Part shown: positions 49,370 to 56,348 of the stretch, piece by piece | Layout: each line of letters begins with the position of its first letter | How positions within the stretch are numbered: position 1 is the first letter of the stretch | Origin: an uncultured virus (IMG/VR IMGVR_UViG_2706795104_000001) | Lineage: Duplodnaviria; Heunggongvirae; Uroviricota; Caudoviricetes; Herelleviridae | Virus record (IMG/VR): IMGVR_UViG_2706795104_000001 | Location: 88,779-152,778 of that record | Strand: one strand, 5' to 3' | DNA: 64,000 bases | Program-made: the position numbers and the translations under genes | Notes under the pieces: generated by a model | What the model was told of the DNA's origin: nothing | The model's input: the letters and a program-made list of their open reading frames with translations, nothing else | Database searches by the model: none

Positions 49370-49903
49370 ATGATAAACGTAAACTTAGGTGCTAAAAATT
49401 TGGATAGTCAAGTGGAATATGTACCATTTAAGAAGGTAGCAACTATTACTGAGGAGCCAAGTTTTTTAGTCGAAAACGTAGTGAGGGAGGTGACGGAAGC
49501 AACAGAAGGTCGCAAAGTAAAGAAGGTACGCAAATTGAAGAAACTGGTAAAGGTTTCACTGTCCGTATTGGCAGCAAGCATCAACATCGCTCCGAGAGCA
49601 ATGGCATCGGGAGTAACTGGGGGAACACCACTTCTATCTCCGCTAACACCTGCGGTCGTAATGGAATGGGGACTACAACTAGCGTTCATAGCAGTAGCGG
49701 CAGGGGTTGCAGTAGCAATGGTTACACTTACAACAGCAGGGGTATACAGAATGCTCAGAAAGAAACAGGAAGCCGATGCATGGAGCCAAGACATTCTAAA
49801 GGGACTAACGCAAGTACTCATAAGCGTACCAAGCATTTACCTTCTTTACTACTTGGCGAAGTTACTCTTCCAAAACTTAAACTTCTTAAAACTAGCCTTA
49901 TAA
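49370..49903 (+). CDS. Membrane protein with signal-like segment and VirB2/TrbC pilin-like helix pair
   Basis: KKLVKVSLSVLAASINIAPRAMA, then TM-RKKQEADAWSQDILKG-TM; family call is pattern-based. Confidence 0.55.
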   Translation: MINVNLGAKNLDSQVEYVPFKKVATITEEPSFLVENVVREVTEATEGRKVKKVRKLKKLVKVSLSVLAASINIAPRAMASGVTGGTPLLSPLTPAVVMEWGLQLAFIAVAAGVAVAMVTLTTAGVYRMLRKKQEADAWSQDILKGLTQVLISVPSIYLLYYLAKLLFQNLNFLKLAL

Positions 49904-51057
49904 AATGTGCAAAGGTTGCAGTCATTCCTCTAGCTACAGTTTCTACATTCTTCTTGACTTCCGTAACTGACAGAACATATGCGGCCGTAACTGATATGGG
50001 TACCGATCCGAACTCTTTCTTCTCAGGAAGTAAGGGTAACATGTTCCAAGGTGTAACAAACTTCTTTACAGGTAAAGTGCAGGAGACATTGATTCCTGAT
50101 CCGATACAAGAGATTATTAATTGGTTCGGTGAATTTATAAAACTGATTAAGGAACTACCTGTAAATGTAGGTCATATGTCGGCAGACCTTATGGCTTGGG
50201 TATACGAACTATGCGGGGATTTAATCTTGAAGACACCACTGTGGTTATTCAGTAACGAATGGTTCACGAATATGACTTTACTATTTAGCTCAGTGGCATT
50301 AGGTGCAGTTGCAGTCCTAACAGTTATCGAAGCAATCAAACGAATGTTCACAGGAGTAAAAGATGGAAGACGACCAATGGTAAAAGCACCGATGGAATTT
50401 AAAACAATCATTAAAAGATGGGCAGTCGTAGCAGGACTAACAACAATCGTTCCATTCCTATTCCAAAAAACATTCCAACTTCTGAATTATATATCCGATA
50501 TACTCATAGGTATGAACGGTAAGACAATGACAACAACTGCTCTATCGGAAACATTCGGTACACTGGATATTATAGCTCTCCTAGCATTCGATGCAGTACT
50601 GATTGGTACAGTAATCCCTGTACTGTGGCAGAACGGACGTAGATTTTTCGACCTACTGGTTTTGGGGATCACTGCTCCATTAGCACTAGGTGCTTGGGTA
50701 TTCGATTCGAAACGTCACCTATTCGACCAATGGTGGAAGAACGTAAAACATCTATCACTTGTTCAAGTATATCACTCTCTATTCCTACTTGTATTAGGTT
50801 GGTTCATATTCGGTATCCCTACACCTGTAGACTTCACAGGTACAGTCATCAAGTTATTAGTTGTAATCGGTGGGTTTGCTCGTATGCAGAATCCTCCGAG
50901 ACTGATAGCGCAACATTTAGATAGTGGTGGAGGACTCGATGAGATTACGAAGAAACCACTTAGAGGAACAAGACAGAAAATTCTGAGTAACTTTGCTTTC
51001 TCTAAGAGTGCAGTTATGAGTCCGATTAATTTACTGAAAAAGATTAAAAAGAAATAG
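49780..51057 (+). CDS. Polytopic membrane protein, VirB6/TrbL-like
   Basis: At least 6 TM; RRFFDLLVLGITAPLALGAW...FDQWW....LVQ resembles TrbL/VirB6; start uncertain. Confidence 0.6.
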   Translation: MEPRHSKGTNASTHKRTKHLPSLLLGEVTLPKLKLLKTSLIKCAKVAVIPLATVSTFFLTSVTDRTYAAVTDMGTDPNSFFSGSKGNMFQGVTNFFTGKVQETLIPDPIQEIINWFGEFIKLIKELPVNVGHMSADLMAWVYELCGDLILKTPLWLFSNEWFTNMTLLFSSVALGAVAVLTVIEAIKRMFTGVKDGRRPMVKAPMEFKTIIKRWAVVAGLTTIVPFLFQKTFQLLNYISDILIGMNGKTMTTTALSETFGTLDIIALLAFDAVLIGTVIPVLWQNGRRFFDLLVLGITAPLALGAWVFDSKRHLFDQWWKNVKHLSLVQVYHSLFLLVLGWFIFGIPTPVDFTGTVIKLLVVIGGFARMQNPPRLIAQHLDSGGGLDEITKKPLRGTRQKILSNFAFSKSAVMSPINLLKKIKKK

Positions 51058-51068
51058 GAGGAACTACC

Positions 51069-51185
51069 ATGAGTATGACAACGGCAATTATCATTTTGAA
51101 TACGACTATGCTATTGACAAACGCTACGGTGAATGCGATTCAGAGTATTTTATTATACAAGGAGTTGAAGAGACGTGTGGACTAA
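51069..51185 (+). CDS. Small hydrophobic protein (38 aa, not in ORF track)
   Basis: GGAGG RBS; MSMTTAIIILNTTMLLTNATVNAIQSILLYKELKRRVD. Confidence 0.6.
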   Translation: MSMTTAIIILNTTMLLTNATVNAIQSILLYKELKRRVD

Positions 51186-53496
51186 AACGAAGGGAGCGAA
51201 GAACATATCTAACTATTTCTCCATTGTAGAGGATATCGGTAAAGCATTTGAACAGATTATGAATGCAGATACAGAAGGTATATTCGGTCTAGAACTTCAA
51301 TTGTATCCAGGAGGGAGAAGTCTTGTTCTAGTCTCTCCTCCTAGTCTTCGGATCGGAAACGGAATTAGTCCTCGTCAGACGCTCGTAGAGGGCAATACAG
51401 ACGACTTATCCTATTATGAGGGTTATTTACTCGAACCTAACTTCCTTCCACTGTACGGGGCTTATAAAGGTGCCTTGCTGAATGAACTTACTTCTATAGA
51501 ATTGAAAGGAGGTGAAATCATTGAATTGCAGTGGCTGCTCCGTAGACGGTACGACAATTGGAGACCGAATGCAGTAGCAAGATATAGCAGTTATTTAGAA
51601 GGTAATGACTATCCGTTGCAGTCTAATCTCGGCAGAGGTCTCCAAACGAAAATTCTGAAAACTCTAAACAAGATAGCTTCCTTCGAAACCAAGAGACCAT
51701 ATATCCAAGAAGTAGAAAATAAAATTGTAGACGAAGCATACCAATTCCAGTTACGATTGGTCGTCCGTTCTAAGGAGCCTAAGAGCCTTGTACAGAGCTT
51801 GGATAACGTCCTAAGCAAATACGACTCGTATAATGCTCTCCGACTTTATAAACGAAAGGAGCGTGGGATAAAGCAGGAATACACGGATCGTATCATGACA
51901 GGAGATACGGACACACAAATATTAAGTAGGACAGAGCTTGTATCCTTATTCGGTGGGACCGCAATAGAAGTTACACCAGTACAACCAGCCGTAACCGAGA
52001 AACAGTTAACGGACTATAAAGTGACCGAGGTTAAGACCGATGGAATAATAGCTCTACTGCCACAGTATGATAGGGAGAAGGTTGAAGCAGACGAAGGATT
52101 AATCACGAAACTGGCTGAAGCAATGAAACGAGTTGGGTTAATTAGTCAAGCACGTCTAACAAATAGTTCTATCACTTCAGGTATCAGGCTCACGGTTATC
52201 CAATGTGATATACCGAAACAAAAGACATTGAGCCACATTGTAGGTAAAGCAGTCGATATACAGGCCGCACTTGGAGTTGTATCTTTAAGCGTTGAACAAG
52301 GGAGCACGGCAGACACAGTACGATTCACGATCCCAAACGAAGTTCCTTCTATAATAGGATTACGAGAACTACTCGAAGATGCACGGTTCCATGAGTATGC
52401 TCAGGACGCAGTACTACCTTTCATTGTAGGAGTGAATGAAATAGACGAACCGATATATCTGTCACTCGGGAAGCTTGTACATTTGATGATTGCAGGGACT
52501 ACGGGTTCAGGTAAATCGGTATTCGTAAATACACTTATTATTTCACTACTGGCTACGTACCCACCTGATTTACTTCGCTTCTATATGATTGATCCGAAAC
52601 TGGTAGAGCTTAGTCACTACAAAGACTTACCACACGTAGAACACGTTGTTACAGACATGAGGAAAGCAGCGACCATGCTCAGTAAACTGGTACAGGAGAT
52701 GGAACGGAGATACGCTATGTTCAGCGAGAACGGGGTAAAAGGTATCAAAGTGTATAACGAGAAAGTAGAAAAGAAAATGCCGTATATCGTCTGTGTAGTG
52801 GATGAGTATGCAGATTTACGGGACACAAACCCTGAAGTTGAGGAATTTATTGTTAGGTTAGGACAAAAAGCGAGAGCTGCTGGGATACATCTAGTCATCG
52901 CTACACAGAGACCAAGTGCAAATATTATCAGTGGTCGAGTAAAAGCGGTCATACCGAGTGCAATAAGCTTCAACCTTAACTCTAATACAGACTATAAAAC
53001 CGTATTCGGGAAAGGGATCGGAAATACGAAATTATTAGGACGTGGGGATGGGATCATGAGGATAGAAGGTTGGGAGAAGGAGTTCCAACGCTTTCAGAGT
53101 TCCATTGTAAGCCCCGTAGAGTCCCGTGAGGAGCAAGTATACAAGGACATAATAGATTACTTCTCCAATACGAAAAGCGTCCCATTAGACGTTCAGAACC
53201 CTATTATAGAAGGAGTTGTATTTGACGGAGATATAGAACTTGAAGAAGGGGATATAGAACTGGACTACGATATCATCACAGAAGAGGACTTATTAGAGAA
53301 GTTAAAAGGCGTTATAGCACGTACGAGAGAAACAAGAGTTGCAGAGCTACGCAAGTTAATGAAGATTAAAATGAATGTACTATCTGAACTCATGAATAAG
53401 TTAGTAGAAGAAGGTTGGTTAGTGAAGCACCCGTCTAGGGCTAAAGGTTATGAAATATCCATAGATGAGTTGACATTGGCTCGATACAAAAAATAA
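51175..53496 (+). CDS. FtsK/SpoIIIE-family DNA translocase
   Basis: HLMIAGTTGSGKS, MIDPK.VEL, EMERRY, VVDEYADL, RAAGIHLVIATQRP, LLGRGD; C-terminal winged-helix-like region; no N-terminal TM. Confidence 0.93.
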   Translation: MWTKTKGAKNISNYFSIVEDIGKAFEQIMNADTEGIFGLELQLYPGGRSLVLVSPPSLRIGNGISPRQTLVEGNTDDLSYYEGYLLEPNFLPLYGAYKGALLNELTSIELKGGEIIELQWLLRRRYDNWRPNAVARYSSYLEGNDYPLQSNLGRGLQTKILKTLNKIASFETKRPYIQEVENKIVDEAYQFQLRLVVRSKEPKSLVQSLDNVLSKYDSYNALRLYKRKERGIKQEYTDRIMTGDTDTQILSRTELVSLFGGTAIEVTPVQPAVTEKQLTDYKVTEVKTDGIIALLPQYDREKVEADEGLITKLAEAMKRVGLISQARLTNSSITSGIRLTVIQCDIPKQKTLSHIVGKAVDIQAALGVVSLSVEQGSTADTVRFTIPNEVPSIIGLRELLEDARFHEYAQDAVLPFIVGVNEIDEPIYLSLGKLVHLMIAGTTGSGKSVFVNTLIISLLATYPPDLLRFYMIDPKLVELSHYKDLPHVEHVVTDMRKAATMLSKLVQEMERRYAMFSENGVKGIKVYNEKVEKKMPYIVCVVDEYADLRDTNPEVEEFIVRLGQKARAAGIHLVIATQRPSANIISGRVKAVIPSAISFNLNSNTDYKTVFGKGIGNTKLLGRGDGIMRIEGWEKEFQRFQSSIVSPVESREEQVYKDIIDYFSNTKSVPLDVQNPIIEGVVFDGDIELEEGDIELDYDIITEEDLLEKLKGVIARTRETRVAELRKLMKIKMNVLSELMNKLVEEGWLVKHPSRAKGYEISIDELTLARYKK

Positions 53497-53508
53497 ATGT
53501 TGGCTAAA

Positions 53509-53578
53509 AGGAAACAATTTAGTTCTAACCTCATACAATGAGCCATAGACTATAACATGTAACACAAAGTAATACAAA
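53509..53578 (+). promoter_or_regulatory. Putative sigmaK-like or phage-sigma promoter plus operator repeats
   Basis: AGGAAAC-N16-CATACAAT then GTAACACAAA-GTAATACAAA. Confidence 0.55.
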
Positions 53579-53601
53579 ACAAAAATCGGGAGGAATTACT
53601 T

Positions 53602-54286
53602 ATGAAAAACACAACTAAAAAAATCGCAATTGGTGGAGCAGTAGTAGCATCATTATTAGTAGGAGCACTTGGTGGAGCAGCAGGAGCAAGTTCATACTTA
53701 AATGACAATACAGTGGATTTAGTATCATTTTAAACAGTGGAGTAACGAGCTTACGGATAAAGTAGTTAAGAAGAATGGTACAATTAAAGACTTACAGGCT
53801 TCTGTAGCTAACCTTGAGAAAGCAAACAAAGAGTTACAGGATTCAAATACACAAAAGGATGCTCAGATTGAGAAGTTGAATGCAGAAGTTACTGCTTTTA
53901 CAGAACAGGTTAAAGTCCTTCAACAAGATATCGCTAATAAGAATATGACAATTGATAAGTTGACTGCTTGTATTGCAGAACTAGAGGGCAAAGTAAAAGG
54001 ACTACAGGATAAAGTAGATGGTCTTGAGAAGAGTAATGCAGAGAAGCAAGCAATTATTGATAACTTGACTGCAACATTAAAAGCTACAGAGCAACAACTT
54101 AAAAATACACAGGTTATCTTAGCACAAACGAAAAAGGAACTTGATGCTGCTAATCAAGCAGGAAAAGATAAGGATGCAAAAATTGCTAACTTAGAAGCTA
54201 AATTGAAAGAATACAGTGATGAAATTAATACATTGAAACCACTTCAAAAATCACAGGATCAGAAAATCAAGGACTCAGAAAAATAA
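53602..54286 (+). CDS. Membrane-anchored long coiled-coil protein interrupted by a +1 frameshift at TTT-TAA (53728-53733)
   Basis: GGGAGG RBS; MKNTTKKIAIGGAVVASLLVGALGG; the +1 frame is open from 53732 into ORF 53876..54286. Confidence 0.7.
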
Positions 54287-54292
54287 CATGTC

Positions 54293-54320
54293 AGGGGAAT
54301 CCATTACGGGTTCCCTTTTT
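54293..54320 (+). terminator. Rho-independent terminator
   Basis: GGGAATCC/GGGTTCCC plus T-run. Confidence 0.8.
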
Positions 54321-54502
54321 GCTTGTCATATTTTAAACCCTTGATACATAAGGGATACTTGAACATTTATTTAACTTTTTGTCCTATTTAAATTATAAGT
54401 GGTCTGTATTTATAATTATTATATTTATTATTAATAATAGTAATGTAGTTATAATAGTATTTAATTAAGATAGACGATCCGAAAAAACTTTTAAAATAGT
54501 TG

Positions 54503-54531
54503 TTGACTTATAGAAAACCACGTTATATACT
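54503..54531 (+). promoter_or_regulatory. sigmaA-type early promoter
   Basis: TTGACT-N17-TATACT. Confidence 0.8.
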
Positions 54532-54578
54532 AAGGTCAGAAAGTTAAACAAGCCAAACGAAATACAGGAGGAGACGTA

Positions 54579-54863
54579 ATGGGTAACGTTAAACTGATGT
54601 TAGATGGTAAAGTAATTGCTGAAGCCACAAGTATTAGTACCGAGGTTACAAAAGGTATGGAAGAAAGTAGAACTGAAAACGGAGGAGAGGGAATTACTTG
54701 GGTGGAAGCCTGTGAGTTCATCTCCAAATACCTCAAAGAAGCTCATCAAATAGAAATGACAGGAGAGCAAGTGTTTAACGCTTCTCCGACTGGGGAACTG
54801 TTCCACGTATTCTACTTATACAACCAAGCAAAAGCGTATTACGCTTGGAAGGATAAGCAGTAA
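54579..54863 (+). CDS. Hypothetical protein
   Basis: AGGAGG RBS. Confidence 0.7.
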   Translation: MGNVKLMLDGKVIAEATSISTEVTKGMEESRTENGGEGITWVEACEFISKYLKEAHQIEMTGEQVFNASPTGELFHVFYLYNQAKAYYAWKDKQ

Positions 54864-54948
54864 TGAAGGTATTAATCATCGTAGCAATAGTGTTAGTAGC
54901 TTCTTGGATCGTAACGGATATTACAGAACATTAAAAGGAGGTGCAGTG

Positions 54949-55071
54949 GTGAACGTCAGAGTATTCTTCAAACAAGGCGGTTACACAGAAGTACTTGTTC
55001 ACAGTCTTAGTGAACTAGAGAGCAAGTACGGGTACGGTTTAGGTCAGATTTCAAGATTAGAAGTTTTATAA
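54949..55071 (+). CDS. Small hypothetical protein (about 40 aa)
   Basis: AAGGAGGTG RBS, GTG start. Confidence 0.55.
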   Translation: MNVRVFFKQGGYTEVLVHSLSELESKYGYGLGQISRLEVL

Positions 55072-55089
55072 AAAAAAATTAAAAAGTTA

Positions 55090-55118
55090 TTGACTGTTAG
55101 ACAACAACGTAGTAAACT
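55090..55118 (+). promoter_or_regulatory. sigmaA-type promoter
   Basis: TTGACT-N17-TAAACT; a second TTGATT-N17-TACAAT lies at 55175-55203. Confidence 0.65.
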
Positions 55119-55235
55119 AAGGTTAAGAAATACAGAGAACAAGCACTATAACTTAGTAAAAAATAAAATTAGCATTGATTTCCAGTTAACTCCTTGATAC
55201 AATAGTTGTAATCAACTAAGAAAGGGGAGTTAACA

Positions 55236-55412
55236 ATGAATGCGAGTAAGATATTGCTAGGATGTGTAGTAACGATTGTCTTGTTCCTACTCTTCATGTT
55301 CATCATCATGTTCGTACCTTGGGCTTTCCCACTAATCATCATCGGTGGTATCGTCTTTGGAACTATGGCAGGATGGCATTACGGAGGTAGAAATAGAGAC
55401 AACGATAACTGA
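55236..55412 (+). CDS. Small membrane protein (58 aa)
   Basis: AAGGGGAG RBS; very hydrophobic. Confidence 0.65.
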   Translation: MNASKILLGCVVTIVLFLLFMFIIMFVPWAFPLIIIGGIVFGTMAGWHYGGRNRDNDN

Positions 55413-55428
55413 AGGGAGGTGAAACCTT

Positions 55429-55503
55429 ATGGTAAACCAAAACGTTGAGAACGGAGTTTACGAGATTACTAAGTTGTTAGCTGACGCTAAAGCAGGTAAG
55501 TAA
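55429..55503 (+). CDS. 24-aa peptide
   Basis: GGGAGGTGA RBS; MVNQNVENGVYEITKLLADAKAGK. Confidence 0.55.
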   Translation: MVNQNVENGVYEITKLLADAKAGK

Positions 55504-55715
55504 TGATTACGGATCGTAGGAAGGAGGTGGTACATGTGGAAAAATACATAAATTTACCTGGTGATGAACCAATGAAAACTCCATTCGAGTATGCAGTAGG
55601 TGAGGTTATCCGAGTGAATAATAACAGGCCGCATAAGTGTTACAAGAAGGAAGTGAAGGACGGGAAGCTATTCCAGTACTTCAAAGAAGGACGAGTAGTT
55701 GTAGTATGGGATTAA
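55503..55715 (+). CDS. Hypothetical protein
   Basis: Start may be GTG 55536 after AAGGAGGTG. Confidence 0.6.
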   Translation: MITDRRKEVVHVEKYINLPGDEPMKTPFEYAVGEVIRVNNNRPHKCYKKEVKDGKLFQYFKEGRVVVVWD

Positions 55716-55726
55716 AGAAATAAAGG

Positions 55727-55912
55727 GTGATAGAGATGTTGGCAACGGAGAAGATACAGAAAGCAAAGGAGTATTTAGAGCAAGCCGAACAATGTATCAA
55801 AGAAGATAACAAACGATTGGCAGTAGGTAACTTGGATCATGTGAAAGATAATGTGTTTGGGGCTATCTATCTACTAATTGCGGAAGTAATCGAGGAGGAG
55901 GGAGATTACTAG
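55727..55912 (+). CDS. Hypothetical protein
   Basis: ORF within operon. Confidence 0.6.
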   Translation: MIEMLATEKIQKAKEYLEQAEQCIKEDNKRLAVGNLDHVKDNVFGAIYLLIAEVIEEEGDY

Positions 55913-56310
55913 TGGAAAAGTACACCTTCGGGTTTAAAGAAAATTGGCGTGACTTCCTAGACTTAGCAGAACGCACTGTGTCTAAGGACTACTGGTGGGG
56001 AGACCTATACTTCCTGTATCACGAGGATGACGGGGAAGATGCTTATGTATTCACGAGTACTGATGAGATTGACGACTGGTTAGAGAAGACGTTTTGGGAC
56101 GGGTGCCACTATGAGTCCAGTGATATAGAGACATCTATGGATGAGTTCAAGATATGGAAGTTAGTGTCCGAATCAGATGTAAAGAAGTTCACGTCCCTTT
56201 ATAAGGGTGCAAAAAGGACAAGCTTAGTAGTTGACGGTGAGACGTACTATAGAACACCTGTATCAATATGCGTAGAGCAAACAATACTTGTATCAACGAG
56301 TAGTTACTAA
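55912..56310 (+). CDS. Hypothetical protein
   Basis: GGAGG RBS, GTG start. Confidence 0.7.
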   Translation: MEKYTFGFKENWRDFLDLAERTVSKDYWWGDLYFLYHEDDGEDAYVFTSTDEIDDWLEKTFWDGCHYESSDIETSMDEFKIWKLVSESDVKKFTSLYKGAKRTSLVVDGETYYRTPVSICVEQTILVSTSSY

Positions 56311-56348
56311 TAAAAAAAAACTACAACATACCAAAGGGAGAGATTATA

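Noticed and set aside
49152-53496. Complete type IV secretion or conjugation system
   Set aside because: No VirB4 ATPase, relaxase or peptidoglycan hydrolase recognised in the window; the ATPase has FtsK/SpoIIIE motifs.
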